64,000 nt of DNA, taken from Chiloscyllium plagiosum (lineage: Eukaryota). Of the stretch, positions 12,395 to 24,413 are shown one piece after another; the first letter of the stretch is position 1, and each line of letters opens with the position of its first letter. The stretch spans positions 95,685,158 to 95,749,157 of the forward strand of contig NC_057718.1 of the NCBI RefSeq assembly GCF_004010195.1, in the 5' to 3' direction. The position numbers and the translations under genes are program-made. Under the pieces are notes generated by a model. It saw only the letters and a program-made list of their open reading frames with translations, ran no database searches and was not told where the DNA came from.

Positions 12395-12950
12395 TTTTTT
12401 ATTATTCATTCATGGGATGTGGGCGTTCCTGGCCAAGCCAGCATTTATTGCTCTTTGCTGAAAAATGTGTTGCTGGAAAAGCGCAGCATGTCAGGCAGCA
12501 TCCAAGGAGAAGGAGAATCGACGTTTCGGGCATAAGTCCTTCTCCTTGGATGCTGCCTGACCTGCTGCGCTTTTCCAGCAACACATTTTTCAGCTCTGAT
12601 CTCCAGCATCTGCAGTCCTCACTTTCTCCTAATTTATTGCTCTTTTCCAATTACCCTGGAAAAACCGGTGATGGGTTGCTCTCTTGAACCACTGACAGTC
12701 CCTAGAGGTGTAGGGACACCAACAGTGCTGTGATGGAGAGAGTTGTGCAATATTGACCCAGCAACACTGAAGGAATGGTGAACTATGATCTTCTCAGGAT
12801 GGTGTGTGGCTTGGGGGTGGACCTTTCAGCTGGTGGTTTTCCCACTTGTTTGCTGCCCTTGCCCTTCTAGGTAATAGATGTCTCTGGTTTGGAAGTTGTT
12901 TGCAAGGGAGCTTAGATAATGCAGTGCACACTGTAGGTGCTACAAAGCCA
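12395..12950 (-). mobile_element. CR1-clade LINE (second tail type) 3' end, interrupted by a PLE mini-element
   Basis: 'ttattcattcatgggatgtgggcgttcctggccaagccagcatttattgc' reverse tail; continues after 12645. Confidence 0.75.
12457..12631. mobile_element. Penelope-derived fold-back mini-element, family A
   Basis: Near-perfect inverted arms; perfect 14-bp TSD atttattgctcttt (12443-12456 / 12632-12645). Confidence 0.92.
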
Positions 12951-12973
12951 ACTGTAGAGTCACATTACTTGCA

Positions 12974-13290
12974 GTCATAGAGTCATAGAGATGTACAGCA
13001 TGGAAACAGACCCTTCGGTCTAACCTGTCCATACCGACCAGATATCCCAACCCAATCTAGTCCCACCTGCCAGCACCCGGCCCATATCCCTCCAAACCCT
13101 TCCTATTCATATACCCATCCAAATGCCTCTTAAATGTTGCAATTGTACCAGCCTCCACCACTTCCTCTCCCTGTAGCTCAAATCCTCCAACCCTGGCAAC
13201 ATCCTTGTAAATCTTTTCTGAACCCTTTCAAGTTTCACAACATCTTTCCAATTGGAAGGAGACCAGAATTGCACGCAATATTCCAACAGT
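12974..13290 (-). mobile_element. CR1/HER1-type LINE 3' end with internal deletion
   Basis: (agtcatag)n tail, 'acagacccttcggtc' stem-loop, reverse of LEYCVQFWSP..KDVVKLERVQKRFTRMLPGL. Confidence 0.88.
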
Positions 13291-15999
13291 CATCAGATTG
13301 TTGAGCAGAATGGTATCAGCATTTGGGGCCTATAACCCTTGGGGTTTCCAAAGTGGATGCCAGTCACTCCACGGAACTGTGTGGTTTGTCAAAACACTTT
13401 GGCATGCTCACAGAGAGAACTTTGCCGTATGCTTTCTGTTCTGTCATGCAGGGAATTCTGAAGGTTCTCAAAAGAATTCATGTTGAGTTTCTACAGATTA
13501 ATAATGTTCTTTGTTCCTTAGTCCTGATGCCAGAGTGATGATTTATGAATCCATACTCACAACATTGAACCTCACCCACCAAGAACAGCTCCTGGAAAAT
13601 TCCTGTCAAGCTCTCTATGATTCATTTTAATGAAAGTGAAATTATGGCGATTGTGCCCATGACTTTTTAAATCCATTTGCATGCAATGTTCCCATTAGGA
13701 GAACAATTTTCTAAAATTGTCCTAATAATTGGAATTTATTATGTAGCATGGTGAAATTATAACTCGTGCTGTGAACCAAATCTCTCGTTGACTCCAATTA
13801 ATCCCTGTGGCCATCATTGTTCTTGTATGTATTCAGTTTTTATCTCAATGGTTTTAAAGTGCAGGGCATACAGATATGTTGCTAAGCAATGTGCAATATA
13901 CTAGAGATGTATATCTCATGTTTAGCTGGAAAATTCAAGACGTCTAGTGAGGTTCACTGGGCATGAGCTTGGAAAAAGATAACGCTGACAGAAAATATCA
14001 CTGAAAGTAACTTGCAAAATTGGAAGGAGCAAACATTAAAAGGAATGTTGCAAAAATAATGGCTATATCTGGATGCTAGTGGGATCATGAAATGAGATTT
14101 TGGGGTCGCAGGTTGGAGGTAGCGATAGCTGTCATGGAGTTCAGACTGAATGCTAATAGCAATGAGGCACTTTGAGATATTTACCTTCCTCAATGTTGGA
14201 CTTGCCTTAACAAGACAAATATTTTGAGCCCCCACCCACTCCGTGCCCACACAGGGGCTAAAGCACCACCTTATCACCTTTGCCTCAGGACATCAACAGT
14301 GTTCCCTTGCCCAACTCCTCAGGAGTTAACCTCACCTCAGAGTAACACAGGGGCTGGGGCATTAAAATGGGATCACATCCCATAGGAGCACAGCCTCCTC
14401 TCTAAACCTCTGGAACAAGAATTGAGTGAACCGGTCAGGTGAAGAAAATTTGATCTGAGGTTGGCCAATTTGAATCAATTAATAACATGAATCAGAAATT
14501 TGCTATGCAATGACATTTCAAGGCTATCTTGTGATGCCAAGATTGTGACGGATAGAAAATGTATGCAAATAAGTGATATCATCACCGAATAAATTGCCGA
14601 GAGAGGTTTGTGAACAATATAACGTACATATTTGCCATTATTCTATTCAACTATTGATCCAACTTGCATATCACTTCAGTATCATATATTAACTCAGTTT
14701 CCAATTCCTGTCAAGATCAATAAACTCTTGAGGATTCTTGAAAAAATTATTAATGCTCAAAATGTAAAATATATCTGAAAAATAAATCAACAATGACAGG
14801 CAATGGAAAAAACAGATATGCATTTTTTCATAATGTTTCTAACTTTCTTTCAAAAGGGTGAAGGGTGCTCACTGTTAGTTTGTTTCATGGAAACATATGC
14901 GTTATGATTCGTCGGGTGACTAATATTCGCCAGTGACCACAAAACTTCCAGCCTGTGATCAATATTACCACCACAAGTAAGTTGATACTGGAAGCAGAAA
15001 ACTTTACAACATCATTGGCACAATGATTTCAATCGTAAAATTGCAAATCTAATGCAATCATTTACAATAATTGCAATATATTTCTGCAGCGATCTTTTTG
15101 AGATTGAAACTATTGGAAATATTGTTCAGTCAGTCCATGGGTTGTCCAGGTGTGAAGCTATAATCATTCCTAATGATTAATGGGGTACCCAGGAGTTTAA
15201 AATAATTCTGTGGAATAGCTGAGCTGCTGTTTCTCCACATCAGAAGTTCTTTTTAAAGCATAGTCATATTATGATCACACACAATATTTCACCAACTTGT
15301 CACTTCAAATGAAGTCAGAAAGATGTTTGTAATGTGATGTTTCTTTTTGGTTGCAACACGTAAGTCAGCAGTCCTCGCTAGTTGGTGACCATGGAGCGAA
15401 AAATAAAACCTCCCAATAGTTGCTCAGACATCAGGGAAAGGCAGATTACAGAGTTCATTAAAACAGACCACCAACTTCTCAGTTCATTGCAACAAACTGT
15501 TGCTTGTTTCTTTTCCATTAAAAAAAGTTAGCAACCCTCTCTCATATTTAAAAATACACAGTAGGAGGCCATGAAAAAAAATTATTTTTTTCCAATGATT
15601 TCTCAGATACGGGACAATGCCAGATCACAGTGGATGAACCAATGACACATTTCTCTGTCGATTGCAACAGCTTGCGTGACACTTCAGATGATGGCTCAGT
15701 GTCCTGTGAAGTGTGTGGGGTCTAATAAAGTTCTGTCATTGGATGTTTACTGTCTCCTAAAGTCGCCTGAGGGGGGGCCCACTCCAGTATGCCAGCCTCT
15801 GCCACAATTGTTATCGAGAAAGACAGCAAGCTGAGATGGTCCGTGGTTCACTAGCCTCCGTTTTCTCTGGACACTCTGCTCATTTAGGTGAGCTTCTACT
15901 TTCTCCTTACATCTTCCAATCCTGTTCCAAGCAGGCAGCTCCCAGAGGTCACATCTGCCTCCCCAGTTGTTAGTACAATATTCACCATCTTAATTCACC

Positions 16000-16197
16000 A
16001 TCTTTACTCAGAGAGTAGTAAGGGTGTGGATGCCCTGCCTGCAACAGTAGTAGACTCGCCAACTTTAAGGGCATTTCAATGGTCATTGGATAAACATATG
16101 GATGAGAATGGAATTGTGTAGGTTAGATGGGCTTCAGATTAGTATCATAGGTCGGCGCAACATCGAGGGCTGAAGGGCCTGTACTGTGCTGTTCTAT
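16000..16197 (+). mobile_element. CR1/HER1-type LINE 3' end
   Basis: Highly similar to 75-285 ('gcctgcaacagtagtagactcgccaac'). Confidence 0.85.
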
Positions 16198-16269
16198 GCC
16201 CTAACATTTTGCTTGCTGGTATCTTCAAAGTGGGAGAAATGGGTGCTCAAGAGATCAGAACTCAGAGGC

Positions 16270-17150
16270 CAATTCACTGGGTAGAGGATCTTTGGGTACA
16301 AAACCATCAATCATCTAATGACCATGGTTGAGGCAGTGCAAACATCATTAATTTCGGAAGGAGTGTGAGCTGATGGAATTAAGAGGCTGCAGAACCTCTG
16401 AGTTATTGACTTTGTCTTTCCAAAAGATGCCAAAAATATGTCTCTGATAGCAAATGTGGAAGCTGTTCACCTTTCTCCTTCCTATCAGATATTGCACAAG
16501 TCTCACCATTGTAAATGAGTGCACTGTGGGCACAAACTTCCTAGATTCACTGATTGACATTTCGCTGTCAGTTGCTGTTCCATACTGTCTTTATTCAGCT
16601 TGGCAGTAACAGCAATAGTTTTTGCAAAGCATGAGTTTATTTGTGTGTCAGGTGATGGATTTATGGGTGACTGTAGAGTCTGTCGATGTGAATTTGTCAA
16701 TAATGTGCAGCATCACATTGCTCCTGTTGGTAGATGGCAGTGTCGTAACATCCAGGATTTGTCTACCTGATGCTGATGAACAAACCAAAATCTTAACAGG
16801 CATGGGAGTGTCTGTTTGCTGCTGAAGATGTTCCTGGGTATGAAAGGCTAGTGAAGCACATCTTTATAGGTAACTCTCTGAAAAAGACTTGCTGCACCTT
16901 TGTCTTTGATTTCAGGTGAGCAAAAGTGGACAATCTTCTGTCAGTCCTGATATGTAAGTCGGCACTGCCAATGACAACAGCAGAGAGAAGATGTCAGTGC
17001 CAGGAAGTAACTCTACTTGGTGCAACTGAGGATCTCAGAGCGTCCAGTGTTGGTCATTCATAGCTGTCAGGGAAAGAGAAGATTACATTGACTGCCCACT
17101 GAAGATACAGTTTCCTCCAGCACATTAAATAGTTCTATTTCTGCATCTAG
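16270..17150 (-). mobile_element. RTE-clade LINE remnant
   Basis: ORF 16348-16560 ...NSFHICYQRHIFGIFWKDKVNNSEVL resembles the RTE/BovB C-terminal LN.FH..CLR.IL.I.W.DKV.N.EVL motif; limits approximate. Confidence 0.6.
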
Positions 17151-17154
17151 GTCA

Positions 17155-17435
17155 TACACATAAAAGCAGAGGTAAGGCCATTTGGCCCATTCAATGAGAT
17201 CGTGGCTGACTCACAACTCAACTTCTCTGCTTTTTCTCTGCAACTCTTGATTCCTTTATTGTCTAGAAATCCCTCTGTCCCACCATTTAATATATTTAAT
17301 GACCCAGGCTCAACAGCCCTTTGTGGTCAAGAAATTCAACCTCATCTCAGTCTTAAATGGATGACCCCTTACTCTGAATTTTTGCCCTCTGATCTGAGAC
17401 TATCCCACATGGACAAACAACCTCTCCACATCTGT
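17155..17435 (-). mobile_element. Old CR1-type LINE 3' end
   Basis: 'aggccatttggccc' stem-loop; 'ctcaacagccctttgtggtcaagaaattc' is the reverse of a WNSLP..AVE motif. Confidence 0.6.
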
Positions 17436-17439
17436 TAAC

Positions 17440-18950
17440 CACCTCTTTTCCATCACTTTACTGATGATTGTTTTGAAGCAGTAATTAGCCAGGTGGATTT
17501 GTGCTACTTATCATGTGCCTGACATATCTGGGCAATTTTCTACATCGTGAGTTGTAGCTGTACTAGAACAGCTTGGCTAGGTGTACAGCAGGCTATGAAA
17601 CACAAGTTTTCAGTACGATTGTTGGAGTATAGTCAGGATTTGGACTATCCCATGCCTTCAACCATTTCTTGATATCATGTGGAGTTAATCAAATTGCCTG
17701 AAGATTGGCATTTGTCATGCTTGGGACCTCTGAAGGAGGCTGAGATGGATCATTCACTTAGCACTTCTGGCTGAAGACTGTTGCAAATGCTTCAGCCTTA
17801 TCATTTCAACTGACGTGCTGGGTACCCCAGTCATTGAGGATGGGGGGAGTTTGTCAAGCCTTCTCCTCCAGTGAGTTGACTAGCTATCCATCACCATTCA
17901 CAACTAAACACAGCAGAACTGTAGAGTTTAGATTTGATATATTGGTTGTTTAGCTCTATTATTTGCTGCTTACGCTATTTCACATGCAAGAAGTCCTGTA
18001 TTGTATCTTCACTTGGTCAAGACCTAGTTTTCAAGTGTGCCTGGTACAGTTCTTGGCTTGTCCTTCTCCACTTTCCGTTGGTATCAGTGTCAATCCCATG
18101 GCTTGATGGTAATGGAAGAGTAGGGTAATATGCCAGTCCATGGGGTTGTAGGCAATGTTGGAGTACAATTCTGCTGCTGCTGATGGCACATATGGATGCC
18201 CAGCCATGAATTCTATTTGAAATCCATACCATTTGGCATGGTAATAGTGCAACATAAAAATATAAAGACAGGAATTTGTCTCCATAAGGACTGTGTGGTG
18301 GTTACTCTTACCGAAACCATCATGGAAAGATGCATCTGCAGCAGGCACATGGTAATGGTGAGATCATTTTTCCCTCTTGTTGGTTCATTCTTCCCTCCTG
18401 CAGTTGCAGGTTCAGTCTAGCAAGTATATCTGTTGGGATTCGACAGGCTGTATCAGTCGTGGCGTTGCTGAGCTACTCTTGGTAATGGACCTTGAAGTCC
18501 CCCACTCAGAGTATATTCTGCATCCTTGCCACCCTCGGTACTTCCTCCAAGTGTTTTTCAACATGGAAGAGCTATGATTCCTCAGCCAGCGGGTGATGGA
18601 TGTGACATGATAATCAGCAGGACATTCCCTTGCCTGCATCCGATCTTGATGCCATGAAACTTTATGAGATCTGGTACCAATGTTGTGGACTTGTAGGCCA
18701 GTATCATCCCCAATTGTGCTGCCACCGCTGTTGGGTCTGTTCTGCCACTGGGACAGACATACCCAGGGATGGTGATGGTGGTGTCTGGGACATGATCTGT
18801 AAGAAACTTTACAAGGAATATGACTGTATCAGGCTGTTCATTGACTAGTCTGTGAAACAGCTCTCCCAATGTTGGCCCTGCCCCCTCCCCAAATGTTAGT
18901 AAGGATGACATTGCAGAGTCAAAGAGGGCTGTGTTGGCTGTTGTCTATCC
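17440..18950 (-). mobile_element. CR1-clade LINE internal ORF2 fragment (APE to RT start), decayed
   Basis: ORF 18582-18911 LGELFHRLVNEQPDTVI...VPDTTITIPGY (APE N-terminus); KSTWLITA...IISK-like RT-proximal motif near 17450-17520. Confidence 0.7.
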
Positions 18951-19552
18951 CAGTGCATGATGGGTGCATCAACATTATTGCAGTTGCCAAGCCCACAGTG
19001 AGTGAGTGTAGTGTTAGCTTAAAAATAAGTCTTCAAACCAGCGCATTAAGGATTAATCATTAACGGTTAATTGGACATGACAATTAGCAATTGGAGACGA
19101 GTGAAAGATGACTGGCCCAGTGCAAAAACAGTTTAATTTGGCTTATGTTGGCTAACTGTATAACCTGGATTGTCTGTGGGAACTGTTTTTTGACATAGTT
19201 GACACAGGGGCACTTGGATGATATTTTCAATTTATTGTTAGCACAAAGGAGTATCTAGAAAAGTACTGAAAGTCCTACGAAATGATGGTACACGTTGTAA
19301 CCTGTTTTCAGGGACTCTGTCTCACTTATTGGGCTTCACCTCAGACTGAAATTGTAGTCGATGCTGGGACCCCCTGAGTTCTCAAGACCAGCAATCAGAC
19401 GGGGTCCCCAATGGGCAGAAAGCATGAGACCTGTTGTTACTACACATTTGTTTTTATTGACTATGCTAACCGAGACCACCTAACTTCTGGAGCCGATATA
19501 CATGTGTATTACGTAGTTTAACCTAACGGGCCCACTCATTCGTTTGTAAATC

Positions 19553-19895
19553 GGGGGAGGTGATGGCTTACTAGTAATATCACTGGATTGTTAATCCAGA
19601 GACCGAGGTAATGTTTTGATGACCTGCATTTGAATCCTGCAATGGCACATGGTGCAATTACAATTCAATTAAAACATCTGGAATTGAGAGTCTAATAATG
19701 ACCATCAATCCCCTGCCAATTGCTGGAAAAACCCACCTGGCTCATTAATGCTCTTTAGGGAAGGAAACTACCATCCTGACTTGGTCTGGCCTACATGTGA
19801 CTGCAGACCCATAGCAATGTGGATGGCTCTTAACTTCCCTCTGGGCAATTAGGGATAGGCAGTGATGCCTACATCCTGTGAAAGGACAAAAAAAG
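19553..19895 (+). mobile_element. tRNA-derived SINE (non-HE1; resembles salmonid SlmI-type SINE) with CR1-type tail
   Basis: A/B-box-like head, central 'ctggctcattaatgctctttagggaaggaaact...ggtctggcctacatgtgactgcagaccc', tail 'gggcaattagggataggc'; family name from recall. Confidence 0.75.
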
Positions 19896-19930
19896 TCACT
19901 TAGCCTATCTACTTGTGTAAATGATGATGT

Positions 19931-20104
19931 TGGAGAAAGTGAGGACTGCAGATGCTGGAGACCAGAGTTGAAAAATGTGGTGCTGGAAAAACACAGCAGG
20001 CCAAGCAGCAGCCGAGGAAGGGCTAATGCCTGAAACGTCGATTCTCCTGCTCCTCGGATGCTGCCTGGCCTGCTATGTTTCTCCAGCACCACATTTTTCA
20101 ACAA
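19931..20104. mobile_element. Penelope-derived fold-back mini-element, family A
   Basis: Inverted arms; TSD taaatgatga (19918-19927 / 20105-20114); partial hammerhead 'agggctaatgcctgaaacgtc'. Confidence 0.88.
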
Positions 20105-20809
20105 TAAATGATGAATTTGTTAGACTATTTTTTAAGGTTAAATTTATGGGGTCAACTATTACATGGATACCACTTTTGAGGGACTGAAATTAATGCTACA
20201 GTCCAAAATACCATATCATTAGCGGAAGCTCAATTGATCTCAAACGAATAAAGAAAAAAATCACAATGAATTACGGTAACTGTACGAGTGCTACAGGGGA
20301 ACTGAACTCAGCCGAGTTATTACACAAAGGGATGCATCTTAAACCTTCACCCCAAATTCTTCCATTTCCCTCCATTTTCTTTCCTCTACTGTTGTTTTAG
20401 TTTTTGAAAGTAACATCATAATCTTTTATTCCTGATAAAAAAGATATTAGACATTTGACATACAGTCTCACCAATCACTGCACGTCCAGTCAAATCCTAT
20501 ATGAAGGAAGGAAGGAATAAAAATCTCATTGTGCTGTGAAACAAGAGCAAAACTGTAATAGATCCGGGATACGGTAATTATACTGAAGTAAAAGCAAGTA
20601 GCATATGTTATATAGGAAATGATGGCACGATAACCTTTGTATCAGACTAATTATACTAATTATAGTTTGATAAGGAACTTAAGAAAGTCATAGCATAACA
20701 TTGGTGTGAATTATATGTCAAAAAACATATTAGCATGGAAAAACATTCATTTCCTCATTGTAACGTTTATGTACAGGAAAATACCTTGACTTACAAAAGT
20801 TGATCTGTT

Positions 20810-20873
20810 ATATCGGCATGGACAGGTTGAAACGAAGGTCTGTTTCCATGCTGGACATCTCTATGACGCTATT
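20810..20873 (+). mobile_element. Short CR1 3' tail fragment (target of the next insertion)
   Basis: 'tcggcatggacaggttg..cgaaggtctgtttccatgctggacatctctatga'. Confidence 0.7.
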
Positions 20874-21866
20874 ACTCTAAAAACTTGATTGAGTTTTTTG
20901 AAGAAGTAACAAAGAAGATTGATGAGGGCAGAGCAGTAGATGTGATCTATATGGACTTCAGTAAGGCGTTCGACAAGGTTCCCCATGGGAGACTGGTTAG
21001 CAAGGTTAGATCTGATGGAATACAGGGAGAANNNNNNNNNNNNNNNNNNNNNNNNNNNNNNNNNNNNNNNNNNNNNNNNNNNNNNNNNNNNNNNNNNNNN
21101 NNNNNNNNNNNNNNNNNNNNNNNNNNNNNNNNNNNNNNNNNNNNNNNNNNNNNNNNNNNNNNNNNNNNNNNNNNNNNNNNNNNNNNNNNNNNNNNNNNNN
21201 NNNNNNNNNNNNNNNNNNNNNNNNNNNNNNNNNNNNNNNNNNNNNNNNNNNNNNNNNNNNNNNNNNNNNNNNNNNNNNNNNNNNNNNNNNNNNNNNNNNN
21301 NNNNNNNNNNNNNNNNNNNNNNNNNNNNNNNNNNNNNNNNNNNNNNNNNNNNNNNNNNNNNNNNNNNNNNNNNNNNNNNNNNNNNNNNNNNNNNNNNNNN
21401 NNNNNNNNNNNNNNNNNNNNNNNNNNNNNNNNNNNNNNNNNNNNNNNNNNNNNNNNNNNNNNNNNNNNNNNNNNNNNNNNNNNNNNNNNNNNNNNNNNNN
21501 NNNNNNNNNNNNNNNNNNNNNNNNNNNNNNNNNNNNNNNNNNNNNNNNNNNNNNNNNNNNNNNNNNNNNNNNNNNNNNNNNNNNNNNNNNNNNNNNNNNN
21601 NNNNNNNNNNNNNNNNNNNNNNNNNNNNNNNNNNNNNNNNNNNNNNNNNNNNNNNNNNNNNNNNNNNNNNNNNNNNNNNNNNNNNNNNNNNNNNNNNNNN
21701 NNNNNNNNNNNNNNNNNNNNNNNNNNNNNNNNNNNNNNNNNNNNNNNNNNNNNNNNNNNNNNNNNNNNNNGGGTGCTGGCAGGTGGGACTAGACTGGGTT
21801 GGGAAATCTGGTCGGCATGGACGGGTTAGACCGAAGGGCCTGTTTCCATGCTGTACATCTCTATGA
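20874..21866 (+). mobile_element. CR1/HER1-type LINE, 5'-truncated, spanning an assembly gap
   Basis: NLIEFFEEVTKKIDEGRAVDVIYMDFSKAFDKVPHGRL RT motif; 3' tail after the gap; flanked by ctctatgacgctatt (20859-20873 / 21867-21881). Confidence 0.9.
21032..21770. other. Assembly gap (N run)
   Basis: Run of N. Confidence 1.
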
Positions 21867-22077
21867 CTCTATGACGCTATTTACACCAGGTATATGGAAA
21901 ATTCCAGCTTTTGTTTTTTACCCAAATACAAGACGACAGAGGAGAAAATGATGGGCAAGTGGGGAGGGGCACAACAAGAGGGCTAAGATTATGGAATCAG
22001 TCCATTCATAATAAATAATAATTGCCTGGTTTGCTTTTTCTTTCTCTTCTCTGCAATAAACGAATATTCTGTTGGAA

Positions 22078-22201
22078 AAGGACATTCACTACCTGTGTGA
22101 ACACGTTTCACTGACTAATGAGAAAAATATCTACCAAGCCAGTTTTCATTCTGGGATCTGAATTGTCCAGTAGTACCATTAGCTGGGATCATAACTCAAT
22201 A
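22078..22201 (+). repeat. Dispersed direct repeat, copy 1 (124 bp)
   Basis: Matches 23271-23393 with 2 substitutions and 1 indel. Confidence 0.95.
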
Positions 22202-23270
22202 TATGCTCTCCCCCCCACTTTTACATGCGATCGACTTTTACTCGAATATATACAGTATATACAGATTAAGCTAATAAATTTTCTTTATATCAAAGTGCAT
22301 GTGCCTTCTTGTAATCAGTTTGATCAGACCTCAAAGAACCCGTTCGGTAAATTCAGTCTGACAATTCAGTGGGACAATGGTTTTATTAAGATCCAACACT
22401 GCGGGTTTGATGTGTAGCTCTCTCATGACAGACATTCTCTGTTGTCTAGAGCTTCTCTATTGTGACTGAATTGTAATAATCTGTTGGAGCGATGTGTGCT
22501 CTCTAGGAGAGTACTGTATACAAGGAAGACAATTTGAAGGACCTGGAACATAAAACCACAGCCTCTGAGAATTTAAACACTGTTAACAGCACATAAATCT
22601 TTTAATTTGTTCTAACGCAGCATTTTGTTATTCACCTAATAGACAACAAAATAAACAGAGCGTGTACCAAAACAAATTAGGGAGCATGCTGGCCTCAACT
22701 GCTATCAGGGCTTTTTAAAATTAGATTAAATGCATTTGTGGTATTTGAAAGTGCCTTAGCAGTGTTTCAGAAAATTAACATAATTGCATACATGCAGTAG
22801 CAGATGTCAGGCAGGAGACCAAGTCATATTAGTTAAATAATGAAACGGCAAAATTTTTCTCAAACAGGTGCAGTCAGGAATTAGACCTTCTGAGCCACTT
22901 TCTGTAGTGCATCATTATATTCCCTGTAATTAAAAGCCTTACTGCTTGATGCAAATTGGTCCAAATAAAATCGGATGATTCCATTTCCATTTTTGACTCT
23001 CATCATGGCGAAACTTAGGCTTGTCAGGTTTTCAGCTGTGCTGTGGCTTCCAGTCACAGAGACTACAGTAGGGTAATCGGTGAGAGCTACAGATAACTAT
23101 CCAATAATCTTGCACAGAAGTGCTTGTGTGACGATAAGAGTCTGACTTGGCTGAAAAGCTTTCTATGAAGTTGCTTGCAGGTGTTTCGTGTACCGGTGGA
23201 TTTGCAGAAAAGTGGCAATTTAAGGTTGTAGAGACAATGAATGCCCATGAATTTTACCCCAACACAAGAC

Positions 23271-23393
23271 AAGGACATTCACTACCTGTGTGAACACGTT
23301 TCACTGACTAATGAGAAAAATATCTACCAAGCCAGTTTTCATTCTGGGATCTGATTTGTCCAGTATACCATCAGCTGGGATCATAACTCAATA
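23271..23393 (+). repeat. Dispersed direct repeat, copy 2 (123 bp)
   Basis: Matches 22078-22201. Confidence 0.95.
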
Positions 23394-23846
23394 CACCATG
23401 GATTATTTATGCAGAATCACAAGCACAACTGCAAGCATATATTCCAGTTTAACAGAAGTACGAAATTAGCAGCATCTTGATAACTGACCACATGTATTCT
23501 TATTCAATTTCAAGCCATTACCGTTATCAAAAATAATAACAGAACCAATATGGCACAGCATCATTGATCATTATGTAGTGTTTGATGCTATGCATCTACT
23601 ATGAACAAGATTGTGCATGATCTCTGAGGCAATAAGTTCCATAGCAAAAAGTTCCATTTTAAGAGAATGTTTTAACCAAATCAAGCTTAATAAAGCCACT
23701 ATGCATTTTTGCTCCCTGTCTAGTATTCATATCGTCTTGTTCCTGTCTAAACCTTCAAGCTATGGAAATGGATTGTGTTTGTTTGTATATAATATTTATT
23801 AAATGTCACTATATTCTGCAATGTATTCAAACAAATGTATTGCAGC

Positions 23847-23950
23847 AAACAAAAACAGAAATTGCTGGGAAAACTGAGCAGGTCAGGCAGCAACTGTGGA
23901 GAGAAAGCAGAGTTAATGTTTCAGTTCCAGTGACTGTTCTTCAGCACTTG
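23847..23950 (-). mobile_element. Penelope-derived single-arm insertion, family E, degenerate hammerhead
   Basis: Minus strand CTGAAGA-acagtcactggaact-GAAAC-ATT-aac; TSD tgtattg(c/t)agc (23836-23846 / 23951-23961). Confidence 0.7.
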
Positions 23951-23974
23951 TGTATTGTAGCCCATTTCAAGATA

Positions 23975-24413
23975 CAGGCAGTCCCCAAGTTGTAAATGGG
24001 TTCTGTTCTGGAATATCAGAGTCGAAGAGTGCATGCTGGAAAAGCACAGCCGGTCAGGCAGCATGCGAGGAGCAGGAGAATCCTTGTTTCGGGCATAAGC
24101 CCTTCATCGGGAATTCCTGATGAAGGGCTTATGCCTGAAACGTTGATGCTCCTGCTCCTCAGATGATGCTTTTCCAACACGCACTCTTCGACTCTGATCT
24201 CCAGCACCTGCAGTCCTCACTTTCTCCTTTCTTGAATATGTTCCCAAGTCAATTTGTACATAAGTTGAAACACGATGCGGGACAACATAAAGGAGTCATT
24301 TGTAAGTGTAGGAAATGTTCATGTGTTGGGTGTCTAAATTATACCCCAGTATGAGATAGCTTTCTTAAGTATCAGCATTCGTAAGTCAGACGTTTCTAAA
24401 TTGAGAACCCCTA
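23975..24413. mobile_element. Tigger/pogo-like MITE (Tc1-mariner superfamily), interrupted by a PLE mini-element
   Basis: TA|caggcagtccccaagttgtaaatg ... cgtttctaaattgagaaccccta|TA degenerate TIRs; internal 'cgtaagt' repeats. Confidence 0.6.
24017..24228. mobile_element. Penelope-derived fold-back mini-element, family A, with two opposed hammerhead motifs
   Basis: Palindrome centred on gaattc (24111-24116); + arm CTGATGA-A-GGGC-ttat-GCCT-GAAAC-GTT from 24117; TSD ttct(g/t)gaatat (24006-24016 / 24229-24239). Confidence 0.92.

Noticed and set aside
20885..21866. Long ORFs of 314 and 293 aa
   Set aside because: Artefacts of translating through the N gap; the real part is CR1 RT.
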